Source: Camelus dromedarius (taxonomy: Eukaryota). Taken from it: a DNA stretch of 64,000 nucleotides. Of the stretch, positions 37,109 to 48,818 are shown piece after piece. The stretch covers positions 44,580,001 to 44,644,000 of the forward strand of contig NC_087447.1 in the NCBI RefSeq assembly GCF_036321535.1. The letters are read 5' to 3'. The position numbers were made by a program, and so were the translations under genes. Positions within the stretch are counted from its first letter, which is position 1, and every line of letters begins with the position of its first letter. The notes under the pieces were generated by a model that saw nothing but the letters and a program-made list of their open reading frames with translations, was not told where the DNA came from and ran no database searches.

Positions 37109-38479
37109 GGAACTCTCAACTTCCCAAAACCAAATCACAACTACTTAGATCTGATCTCATCCCTTCCTCCCTCCTTCCTGTTTCCAATAAGAGTTTCTCC
37201 TCTCTCTTAAGCCAAGCTCTAGAACTTTGCTCTGGAAATACTCTCTTACCTTCATTTATTAGTATTTGTTGAGCATCATCTGTGTTGGGCATTAATTTGG
37301 GTGTCTGGTTACATCAGTGTACAAAACAGTAACACTGACAAAAATTCCTGATTTATGGAGCTGACACTCCAGTGGGGGACACAAATAACAAGTAATAAAA
37401 TGAATAAACTGTATAGTACATAAGAAGTGGCAGTGCTATGGAAAAAAAGGGGATCAGGAATGTTTTAAGGGAGGACAGGTTGCAATTTTAAGTAGGATAA
37501 TCAGAGTAAGTCTTAATAAAAGGTGGCATCTAAGCAAAGACATGAAGGAAAGGAGGGCAGCTCTTCCCCCTGTCTTTGCCTGATTAATTCTAATTCACCT
37601 TTGAAATCTCAGCTTCAAAATCACTTCCTCAGGGAAGCTCTCCTTCATCCCACATGCAGGTAAGTTGGCACTACTGTATATCCCCATTACAATGCACATT
37701 TCTTCTTTGCGACGTTCATCACAGTTGGGATTACTTGTTCTATATTGACCATCACCATATCGAAGTTAAATTCCAAGAAAACTAGGATAGCATCTTTCTC
37801 ATTCACCTCTATATCTGCAGGACTTAACGTTGGTAAAAGAAGTCATTCAAATATTTATGAAATATGTAAATACATGGATGAATGTGGGACATACCAAGAA
37901 AAGGCAAAACAGAGTCTGGAATTATTAGCATGATGAACACCACAAATAAACTGATTCTTTTATAACCAAGCATCAAAGAATAAAAAAAACTGGCTGAAGA
38001 GGAGGCCAGAGAAGTTATCTGGAACCTGATCAGAGAAGCCCCACTTGTGAGGCTAAGGAGTCTGGAGTCATGGAAGACCTTACGTAGATGAGTACCATGG
38101 TTAAATGCATATTTTACAAGAATCACTCTTGGTTAGTATGGAAAATGGATTGGTAGGTGTCTCCCAAAAGCCCTTCTCCTTTTCTTCCTTGAACCCAATT
38201 TTTAATTGAGTAAGTGACTGGTAAGAATAAAGATGATGTTCCCCAGCCTGCCTTGCAGCAAGATATGAATGATCTGCTGCAGGTGGAGGTGTTTTAGGTG
38301 TTGAGTAATCTGTGGATGTTTAGAGCAGAAGATACCAAAAAGTGAGATTTTGAATTAAAAACACCTCTATACTTCTAAATCACTGGCAAAAGGCCAAAGG
38401 TTAAATGCAGATTCATTTTTGGTCTCTTCAGATAAAAAGCCTTTCTCTGATTATGCAAATAGCTGATAGAAGACTGAAC

Positions 38480-40810
38480 GATGTGCATTCAACAAAGATT
38501 TATCAAGCACTTTCATGTGCCAGGCACTGTGATAAGGATACAATGGTGAGCAATGCAGACAAGGACTCTGACCCCACGGGGTGTATAATTACCAACTGTA
38601 CAAGTGCTACATGCCAAAAACATGAGGAATTATGGGAGCTGGGGTCTGGGAAGTTATTTGAGGAAATAGTATTTCAACTAAGTACTCCAGAATGAGTAGA
38701 AGCTCAGTAGATCATGTAAGGGGGAAAGCATTACAGGCCAGGAAACAGCAAGTACAAAGGCCCTGAGATGGACTAGTGTATGACAGGTTAGAGGAACTGA
38801 AAGGCCAGTGTGGTCAGAGCAGAGAGAGGGAGAGTGAGGTGTGGTTCAATTCAATTTAGTTCAATTCAACAAACAGTATTAACTGTCCAGTGTTGACAAT
38901 CATTGATAAGATCAAGGTAGGACTGAGGTAGGCAGTGGCTAGATCACACAAGATCTTGTAAGTCATGCGTAGAATGTCAGTTTTTAATCCTAAGAAGAAT
39001 TGGAAGCTATTGCAAGGTTTTAAGCATCAGTTTGTGTCTTCTGGCCAATGGATGGAGACTAGGTTGGAGGGGTGCACAACTGGATAGGGGAAGTAGCAGG
39101 AATTGGAATAATCCTGGTGGGAGATCGTGAAGATAAGAGAGGCAGCAGAATTTAGGGATTTTTAGAAATGTAAACGGATAGGATTTGGCAATTGAGTGAA
39201 CGGGTAAGTGAGGTTTCTAGCTTCTGCAACTGGTTGAGTACTAGGCACAGGAGCAAAGTTTATGAGGAAACCTGCTGAGCTTGGTGGGATGTTTCTGAAA
39301 CACCAAAGTGGAGATGTCAATCAAGCAGCCCGGAGGAGAGATCTGAAAGTCATCAGCAACTAAAGCTCAGAGTGGGGATGACACAATCGCAGAAAAATTA
39401 GATTGAGAAAGAATGGGGCTTAGAGATACCTTTAGATTTAAAGGTTGGAGGCCAGTAAGCCTGCAAAGGAGCCTAAGGACTCCTGCAAAGGAGGCCAGAG
39501 GTTCTAGTAAAACCATGAGAGTGGAATCATAGACACCTATGTGTTGATGAGGAACTAGTCAGTAGTACCAGATGCCACTGAGAAGTGAAGTGGGCCGAGG
39601 AAATAAGCTGAGGGCAATAACCACTGGATTCAGAGATATGATGGTCACTTGGTGAGCTAGGGTGACCTCAGTAAGAACCATTTCAATAGACTAAAGGTTT
39701 TGTAGAAGTCAAAACAGACTGGGATGAGGCATGGGAGTGGAGAGGGCCAAAGTATCCAACTTCTCTGGGGGGAGAAGTTTAGAGGTTTTGAGAAGTTTAG
39801 CTACAAAATGGGGAAAAAACTGGATGGTAACTGGAGGCGAAATGAGGTAGAGTGGTTTGTTTGTTGTAATGAGACTTTAGCACGTTAAACACTGATGAGA
39901 AGAATTTAGTAAAGTGGCAAAAAGCCAGAGAATAAGGAAGGACTAGGATTCAGAGCACAGGAATGAGCACTGACCTTAAGAGGGATGCTTGTCCTGTTTA
40001 GACAGGAGGGAAAGAGAGCATGATAACGATGTAGGTGGGTGACCAAGCTTTGGGTTGCAAAATGTTGCAGGAGTTCCCAATGGATAGCTTCTACTTTGCC
40101 TATGAATTAAAAATAAGGTGACCTACAGAAAGTGAGAATGGTAGGAGTAATACGAGGCTTAAGAATATTGGTTTGAAATAGTCATTGCAGTGAAGAGGAA
40201 AGACGGCTAGAAAAATTAAGTGGGATTACAGGGGCCCAGACTCCATCTAAAGTTGATAACCATGAATTCATAGTAATATAAATCTGCTCTTTAGTGATTT
40301 TCCTTGGGTGCCTTTTAGATGTCCAAATGTAGGCACTAATGTTTCCTTTTATCCAAGTCCAACAAAGAGAGGTGAGACAAGGAAATTAAGCCTATTCCAA
40401 GAGAATGACTAGAATTTAAACTTGATTGGAATCTAAAGATAAGGTGTTAACGGAAAGAAGGTAGAAGCAATGGCCTGAATGATCCCGTGAAATAAAAAGG
40501 TGGTAGAGGAATAGCTCAACAGACAAAGTGGAAGGAATACAGTCAGTGAATAAGATGCAAGTGTTTTGAAGATGGAGCAGTCTGGGTGGTGACAATGGTC
40601 AGGATATGACTAAGGGAATGAGTGGCTAAGACAGGGTGGAAATCTTTGGAGACTAGGTCAAGGAACTAAGAGACCAAAACATTGGAAAGACTGTCATTGT
40701 AACATTAAATTACCAAGAGGTGGATGGGAAGACCAAAGACTAGCTATTTAGGGGGAAGTAAGAGAGTGGCAGTTACTAAGGACAAGTAATGAGACAGGGT
40801 GATATAGCTG
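38480..40810 (-). mobile_element. Long decayed L2 remnant
   Basis: Purine-rich plus strand with L2 hallmarks (CATTCAACAAA..TTTAT, GGAAACAGCAAGTACAAAGGCCCTGAG, GTGGAGATGTCAA). Boundaries approximate. Confidence 0.55.
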
Positions 40811-42937
40811 AATAGGCTCAAAGGAATCACTTTGCAAAGAAGTGGGCCACAAGGTCCACTAAAGTTGTTTAGTTCAAGTTGTGAAGCCACAAGGTCTGGA
40901 ACAACCCTGTCTCCAATATGTGTTTGTGATAAAGGGATAAAGCTTTGTCAGTGTTTATCCTTGTGTTGTGCTTGGAACATCACATTGCTCTCATTATGCC
41001 AATGGCTAACACTTCCATAGTAAGTCCTGAGGGAGCCTTCAGTGACTATGGAAGACAGAACGAATAAGGTTTTTCTCCTAAGTACTGAACACATTTATAG
41101 ACAGAGAGGAGAGAAGAGATGTTAGAGTTGAGGGACTAACTGGTGGACTAGACTAAGGGACACTTGTTTTCCCATGCCCAGCAACAGGCTGGGTGCAGAT
41201 GAGCAAGCACAAATGAGCTCTGGAAGTTCGAAGAACATAAGCTTTAGACTCAGATCTATGTTCCTAGCCCCTCTCCAGCAATTACTAATTATGTGACATG
41301 GAAACACAGATAATTCACAATGGAAGTTTATTGCAAGGATATAAACACAAATGTTAATGTGGAAGAATCCTCCCACCAGCAGCGCAATATGCCAGGTCCC
41401 CATCCTGTCACTGAGAATTCAGTTCACCAGCTCTTTTACCTGCATTTGTACCTTCCAAGGAGAGGACTTTATTCCACCTCCCTCAATAGGTATCTGTATA
41501 TAAGGTGGGCTCTCCTGGTACAATTGAATTCTTGTTTCCTCATCTGTTAAATTGGGTAATACCAGCAGCAGAACCCATACAAAGTGGGTGCTCAATAGAT
41601 ATTTTGAAAGGCAAACCTGGTGTAGTAAAGGAAACATGGATTTTAAAGTCAGATCTGCATTTTCAGACAGGGTCTGCTACTAGAGAATTTCAACTTCCTG
41701 ATCTGCCCAGGGGAGAAAAACATCTGCTCTCTGGGTAGTTCTTAAGTTTCTGTTTTTGTTTTTTAGTTACTATTGTGGGAGCCAATGTCTAAGAGCTTCC
41801 ATTTCCATTTAAAAAATGAAACATGGTCATCTGATGGGGAAGAGCTGAGGGTGAGGTGGGGGATTAGGGAGAGAAGCAGTGAAGGTATAAAATAACTGCT
41901 GTGGTGACTAAGAGAGCAAACAGACCAGGAACCCCCAAAGGGTTGCTTGATGGTAGTAAGGGCTTGGTTGCAGCTAGAGATCTTAGTGGCATTCAATATA
42001 TTTAGTGGCATTCAATATACAGCTGTTTTTCTCTAGCAGTGTGAATGGAAGAGCAGCAAAGTTAAAACAGCTGGGATGATACAAAAAGGATGCAAGAGTG
42101 GAAAGAAAATTCGGTGATGGTGTGATAGGCCATTCAGACTGCTGAATACAGAAGTAAATTCAACAACGGGAAGGGCGATTATGAGGAAAGAACAGAGAGG
42201 GTGGAATGAGAAATCACAGAACAGGCACAGTGGGAACAACAGGGAGCAGGGGGAGGAAGAGCTAGAATTAGATTATAGACAAGTAGCGAGACATTAAGGT
42301 AACAGTCAAGAAGTCTTTAAGATTTTGCTTTCCTCCTTTTCTCCCCATAACCACCACCATCTACTTCTCCCTTGGGTTTCTCTCCCTCAAGTCTGTGTTG
42401 CAGAATACAGTTCCCCAAGTTTTCCCCTTTCTGACTGCTCCTGAAAACAAGCACACATACCTTCTTTGATAATAGGTTTTACTGCTTATCCTGGAAGACA
42501 GAAAAGAGTAAGAAAGTAACAACTCAGGGAAATAGTTGAAGTTCCAGAACACTCCAGAATTCTTACAGGTTTTAGCTCTGTCTGAGGCTACTGACTTCCC
42601 AGGAGGTAGTGCCTAAAAGGCCTGTAGTTTCCTAATTTGTTGTTCCTAGATATCTCTTAAGTGAGCCATTTAAGTCAGATAGATTTAAGTTAAGGTCAGC
42701 TAGATGGGCAGAGCTCCCATTTTCTCTGTCATCTGGGCAGGAACCAACTTCCTGTTGCTACTGCCACAGGACCTTACTTTAAGCAGGTGTTTGGGAATGT
42801 TGAGGTTTACTTTCTACACATAGAAGGCAATTTCTCTGCTGCCAGGGCTGAAGCACTGACAGAATAAGAAGAATGGTGCCAATAAAGTGGGCAAAGCTTC
42901 CCTGCCCATTATATAAACCAAAAAGAGTAAAAGCGGG

Positions 42938-42943
42938 TTTATT
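42938..42943 (-). terminator. TIMM10B: Proximal polyadenylation signal (AATAAA) of TIMM10B
   Basis: TTTATT on + strand about 140 nt past the stop, with a U-rich tract downstream. Further AATAAA at about 41468 and 41327-41332. Confidence 0.55.
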
Positions 42944-43084
42944 AGCTCCAGGAAAAGGAGCACCAGTACCCAGCTCTCAGGCAACCCCTCACTTTCTATA
43001 CCCAGGCTGCATCTAGCCCAAGGTCCACTGGTTCCTTCAATCTGAGGGTCCATCCAGTGCCTCCCTTCCTGGGGTTGGGCATGG

Positions 43085-43758
43085 CTAGCTGCCTGATGGC
43101 GAGGTTTCGGGCTGTTCAGCAGCAGCACCTGGCACAGCTGAGGCAGCCTCGTAGTCGGCGATGCGGCGCTGTACCAGGGCGGGCATGAGCTGCACGTAAG
43201 CGGCCATGAGGCGGTGGTTGGAATCGATCAGTTTCCCAGCACAGCTGTGCAGACAGGCCTCCTGGAAGGAAGACCAAAGGTGTTCTGTCAGGTCCATCTC
43301 CTTCTTTCCCATCCCTCGCCTAGGCCAGGGCTAGAGGTAGGGGAAGCGCGGGGGAGAGGCAAGTAGCCTATGGTTAACTCTTGAGGATCGGGGGTAAGCT
43401 CCCTACTCAGTTCCCCACCTAACCTCCTCAGCATCCAGAGCTCGGTGGTGCAGGCTGGGCACGCAGCGCTGGAAGCAGAGTTCCGTCATCCGATTGTAGA
43501 CCAACAGGAAGTCCCGCAGCTGGGAGGGAAGGGGACAAGGAATTCAGCGAAGAAGAGGACCGTATCTCAACTCAAGGCCGCACCGCCCGAGGTTCCCAGC
43601 ACCGCGCACCAAGGCCCGACGTTCTCAGCCCTCGGATGCCTGGCTCTTTGGGGTTCCCGCCACGCTGACAAGGATGCTAGGTAAACGTATGGCCCTATAG
43701 CGACTCTGCTCCCACTCACGTTTCTCAATTGCTGTTGCTGCTGCTGCTGCTGCTCCAT
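43085..43758 (-). CDS. TIMM10B: Mitochondrial import inner membrane translocase subunit Tim10B, 103 aa; join(43720..43758,43424..43519,43085..43261)
   Basis: [32 protein letters not shown]...[15 protein letters not shown]...SPSGS*. Twin CX3C motif (CFQRC, CLHSC); all introns GT-AG, phase 0. Confidence 0.97.
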
Positions 43759-44056
43759 CGCGCCAAGGGCGCGTGCCCTACGTCACTTCCGTTACAACTT
43801 CTAGGTAACGCCCCGGAAATGACCTCTTGTGGCTCCCCAGAGACAGCGGGGTTGGCTCAAGGATCGTCCTGCCCCCTGCTGCCGACGTCACTTCCGCCCT
43901 TATCATTTGCGACGTGGCCGGCTTCTTCTGCCCGGGAGAGGACGTCACTTCCGCCGAATCCCTGACCTGCTGCTAGGATCGCGAAGGGAACTGGATCCCG
44001 AGGTCCCCGCGCGGCCCGGGCCTGGCGCCCTGAGGGGAAGAGCGGCCCGGCCCGAG
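43759..44056. promoter_or_regulatory. Bidirectional CpG promoter of TIMM10B/ARFIP2, including the ARFIP2 non-coding exon 1 (donor at 44057)
   Basis: Head-to-head genes; ACGTCACTTCCG at 43780, 43885 and 43942; CCGGAAATGAC at 43813; GAG|gtgaga donor. Confidence 0.85.
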
Positions 44057-44891
44057 GTGAGAGGGACATGCATGGGCGAGAGCAAGTTGAATGCACGAAC
44101 CTGACCTGAGGTCAGGATGCCTCTGAGCCCTGGGGAAGGATGAGAACACACCTGATGCCCAGGTGTATGTGGGGGGAGGGCGGAGACTCACACCTGGGGA
44201 GACATAACTGACTTTGGAAGAGATCACATATGTCCTGGGAAAGAGAGGCTTTTGCCAGAGGTCGGGAACTTAAACCAACTGATTTAACTAAGGCCTGAAG
44301 GGGAGGGCCCGAGGAAAAGGAGGTGCATGGGATGGAGGAGGGGGAGACCACCTGCAGGAAAGGGAAGAAACAGTAAAGAAGTGTGGAAGGCCAAGCAATG
44401 GAGAACTTACCTGAAGTGGGGGGATGGGTAGACACCTGAGCCCTGGAAAGGGGTTCACCTCCTGATCAGGGGAAACACCTGCATGGGGATAAGCTTCTTG
44501 AGAGCACGGACTTTATCTCGTGTTCACTGCCTCAAATAGTGCACATGGTCGGCACTCATTAAATGTCTGTTGAAGAACTGAATGCATGAATGATCACTGG
44601 AGTCCTGAGTGGGGTGGGGGTGGGGGGGTGGGCCATGAGAACATGATCTCAGGTTAGGCACACCTGTGGCCTGGGTGTGCGTGTATAGAAGCATGTACCT
44701 TGGAGGGGAGATATACATAGAGCTAAGGAAAGAGTGATGTCCAAACCCCAGAACACTGAAGCCCTGGGACAACCTCAGAAATGGCAGGGGAGATCTTCCT
44801 CTTCGGAGTACTGGCCAGTTTTCAGAAGTGTCTGTATTGGGCTTTGCAGGGCGCTGGGGTGGAGACTTTGAATCCGGTCCCTTCGCTCGCC

Positions 44892-47800
44892 ATGACTGAC
44901 GGGATCCTAGGGAAGGCAGCCACAATGGAGATCCCCATCCACGGGAATGGTGAAGCTGGGCAGCTTCCTGAGGATGATGGGCTGGAGCAGGTGCTTCTGT
45001 TCGATTCTTCTCCATGTTGTTTCGGTTGAGGAATCCCAACTCATAAACCCTGAGCTTGCACCCCAGTAGCCTTCCCTGAACTTACCTGACTCCCTTCAAT
45101 CTTTTTACAAATCTTTGTTCTGATTCTGTGCAGACGTCCCTTGTGTGCTCTCTCTCTGATGCTTCAATCCAAGCTTGTTTTCACCCCCAAAATACTTCAG
45201 CTGCCCCTCTGTTCCTGAAGCCCCCCTCTTCTCTGGCCTATAGGACCTCCAGCAGGTGATGGTGTCAGGACCCAACCTCAATGAAACCAGCATTGTGTCT
45301 GGTGGCTATGGGGGCTCTGGTGATGGACTCATCCCCACAGGTATGAATGATCAGAACAGGACAGGGAGCTTGAGTGGAGAGGGGAAGAGGGATGGTTCTA
45401 GGGATCATAGGATGTGTCTAAGAAGGCTTGAATTCTGTCTAGAGATCCTGGGAACCTCTGCCAGTATGAACCCTATGGAATCTCAGCCCAAGGCCCATTC
45501 CCAGGGTTGTCCATCTGCTTCCATTTGCCGTATAGTCCCCGAGATACGCTCATGGGTCCTTTCTGTGCAGTTACCACCTGAGTTGAAAGAAGAACTCTGT
45601 TTCACAGACCATTCCCCTGCTCTGGAGCCTGAATCTTATTTGGAACTTTGTGAGGCTTTTCAGACTTTTACTTTACACTCTAATGTTTAGAGGAACAAAC
45701 AGCTCGGAATCTCACACTGACAAGGATTCCACATGAGAATGTCAACCGGGTTTCTGTTTGATGGACCCACCATTCTTGATCAGCCACTCTGTACTCAGCC
45801 TATTTTGGCTGTTTCCTCTGCCCCTGTCCACTAGCAACTCCCTCTTCCCTCCTCCAACCACCACCACCACCTCAAAAGGAGGCTGATACATATTGGGATT
45901 TGAGTGTCAGGGCACAAGGTATGAGTTCCTCCTAGTTGGGTAGGAGAATCTAATTGTCTCTAGCTTATGCTCCTTCAGGGAAATCATTATCAGTGCTGGG
46001 AGGGAAGTATGGGTGGAACCACAGAGGTTTTTGATTGTATCTGAGAGAGGCTGGTGTCAAAGAACTTGGTCCTTTAGGGTCTGGCCGCCATCCATCTCAC
46101 AGTGCTACTCCTGCTGGCCCCGGAGATGAGGTGGCTCGGGGCATCGCTGGAGAGAAGTTTGACATTGTCAAGAAATGGGGCATTAACACATATAAGGTGA
46201 GATTCAAGCACCTCTCCCTTCCCTCAAACTTTCCTGGGTGCCTTTTCCCTATCTTCCAGATCCTAGTATCCTATCTATGGCTGAGACTAGGAGCCTGGGG
46301 ATGCTGGGATAGATACCTGCTGGGAGGGGACGGCGTACTAGGGTCTCTGATCTGTTCCCCCGCTTCCCAATCAGTGCACAAAGCAGCTGTTATCAGAGCG
46401 ATTTGGCCGAGGCTCCCGGACTGTGGACCTGGAGCTAGAGCTGCAGATTGAGCTGCTGCGTGAGACGAAGCGCAAGTATGAGAGTGTCCTGCAGCTGGGC
46501 CGGGCACTGACCGCCCACCTCTACAGCCTGCTGCAGACCCAGCATGCACTGGGTGACGCCTTTGCTGACCTCAGCCAGAAGTCCCCAGAGCTTCAGGTGC
46601 CTCGACCAGGCCAAAGAGGGTGGGGGGACTGGGCCCAGGCCCTCCCAGGCAGTCACCCCTCAGCCTCCCTCCCTCCCTCCTGCAGCCCAGAGGGAGAACC
46701 CCTCCAGGGTGGGCCCAGCCCTGCCCCCAGCAGCACTCACCTGTGGAGGCGGCCTAAGGGTTTGTACAGAGGTCCAAAAGTTGGAGGGGGTGGGGGAGGC
46801 GGCACACTAGGTGCCTCACAAGTAACCCTTCTCCGCATTGACCGGAATACCTTCAGTGCTCAGCCTAATCAGAGCCCCTCCCTTGCCTGCTACACCAGCT
46901 TTCCCTGATCTAGGCCTGCGAACTTATCTGAGAGCCCCACTCCCACATTCCTGCCCCAGGCATCCCCAGAATAGCCCCACTAACTTTCTGGCTAAGAGAG
47001 CCTTGCTGGAGGCAGTCCTGGGTTGTTCCAGTTTCAATGGCTGTTTCTCCTGGGGCGGCAGGGGGAAGGGGGAGGCTACAGCTCCATTCAGGTGGGGACT
47101 GTTACTCAAGGCCTGTCCCTCCCTTCTGCCCTCAGGAGGAATTTGGCTACAATGCAGAAACGCAGAAGCTGCTGTGCAAGAATGGAGAGACACTGCTAGG
47201 GGCTGTGAACTTCTTTGTCTCTAGCATCAACACATTGGTAACCAAGACCATGGAGGACACACTCATGACTGTCAAACAGTATGAGGCTGCCAGGTGTGGG
47301 CACTGGCAGGGCCTAGGGTTTTGGGAGTTGGCTGGCTTGGGTGGAAGTTTGAGCTTTAGGGGCCTAAGAATTGAGGAAAGAAAGGCGAGTATGTGTGGAG
47401 AACAAAGGGGTGGAGACCAGCCTGTATCACCCCCTCCCCAGGCTGGAATATGATGCCTACCGAACAGACTTAGAGGAGCTGAGCCTAGGCCCTCGGGATG
47501 CAGGGACGCGTGGTCGACTCGAGAGTGCCCAGGCCACTTTCCAGGCCCATCGGGACAAATATGAGAAGCTGCGGGGAGATGTGGCCATCAAGCTCAAGTT
47601 CCTGGAAGAAAACAAGGTGCCAACCCCACCCCTTTGACCCAGCCCACCTTCCCATCTGTAACATTGACCTCACTCCTCTGAAACCCTCCCCATCATTGAA
47701 TGGGAAATGCAGCCTGGCTAAGGAGTGGGATCTTCCCCCAGCCCTCTCAACCCCTGGACCTTTCCACTCACAACTCTCTCTGATCCCTGGCCCTTTTCTA

Positions 47801-48222
47801 TTGGTGGATTTAGCTGCTGGTCCCAGGGACATAACTGGGAAAAATCACCCCTTGAGCTTGGGTACCAGAATCCCAGGCCCACCCAATCAAGTCAGATGTC
47901 TCCTATCAGATTAGTCCTTATCCTTGCACTCCGTTGGTGGAGTTCAGCTCCCATTCCAAAAAGCATCATCAGAGCAGAGTCCATGTGCCCCTGGTCTGGG
48001 CTTGGGCTCATAGCCCCTCAGGAAGGGTATCTGAGTCCAGTCTCAGCTGAGCTTGTGGACCTCCAGATCAAGGTGATGCACAAGCAGCTGCTGCTCTTCC
48101 ACAATGCCGTGTCAGCCTACTTTGCTGGGAACCAGAAACAGCTGGAGCAGACCCTGCAGCAGTTCAACATCAAGCTGCGGCCTCCAGGAGCCGAGAAGCC
48201 CTCCTGGCTAGAGGAGCAGTGA
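44892..48222 (+). CDS. ARFIP2: Arfaptin-2 (ARF-interacting protein 2, AH/BAR domain), 341 aa; join(44892..44990,45244..45340,46078..46196,46375..46596,47136..47293,47442..47616,48067..48222)
   Basis: [20 protein letters not shown]...[28 protein letters not shown]...[13 protein letters not shown]. All GT-AG, phases consistent, 341 codons plus stop. Confidence 0.97.
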
Positions 48223-48812
48223 GCCGCTCCAGCCCAACCTGGCTATCAAGAAGGACATTTGGAGGGGCAGTCCCAGGGTGGGGGAGGTGTGGGCATGGGA
48301 CATCCCTTGCCTCCTGCCCTCTGGCTTGGGTTCCCTTTCCCTGGCTGGGGCTGACACCAGTTGTGCCCACACTGCTGTGGGTAGGGAGGGGCCCTGCAGG
48401 CCCAGCGGCTGCTGCCCTGTCCTTTATCTTCCTGGCCACTGGGCTTCATTCCCAGATCTTCTCCTTCCACTCCACAGTCAAAGGCTATGACAAAACCACT
48501 CCCTGGCCAATGGCATCACTCCTCAGGCCTATCCCCAGCTCCTGGGGTGTGCCCCCTGACCAATGGCAGAGCCTCAAAAGGCCCTGTCAGCCAATGGCAG
48601 CTCTTCTTGGGCTCCCCTGGGCCAATGATGTTGCCTCCAATACCCTTTGTCCCTCCTCAATGTGTGCCCATTGCAGAGAAGGGGACTGGGACCAAAGGGG
48701 TGGGGATATGGGGAGCCCCACTTCTGGCCCTACATCTGAATGGGCCTCCCCTCACCTACCCACCCAGTTTAATTGTGCTTAGAGCCCTGGAAGATTGGGA
48801 CCTAGCACTAGG

Positions 48813-48818
48813 AATAAA
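48813..48818 (+). terminator. ARFIP2: ARFIP2 polyadenylation signal AATAAA
   Basis: First AATAAA after the stop (about 590 nt), with GU-rich sequence downstream. Confidence 0.7.

Noticed and set aside
47725..48066. Long open frame upstream of the last ARFIP2 exon as an independent gene or retained intron
   Set aside because: Full retention stops at TGA 47635-47637; there is no promoter evidence and no recognisable protein.
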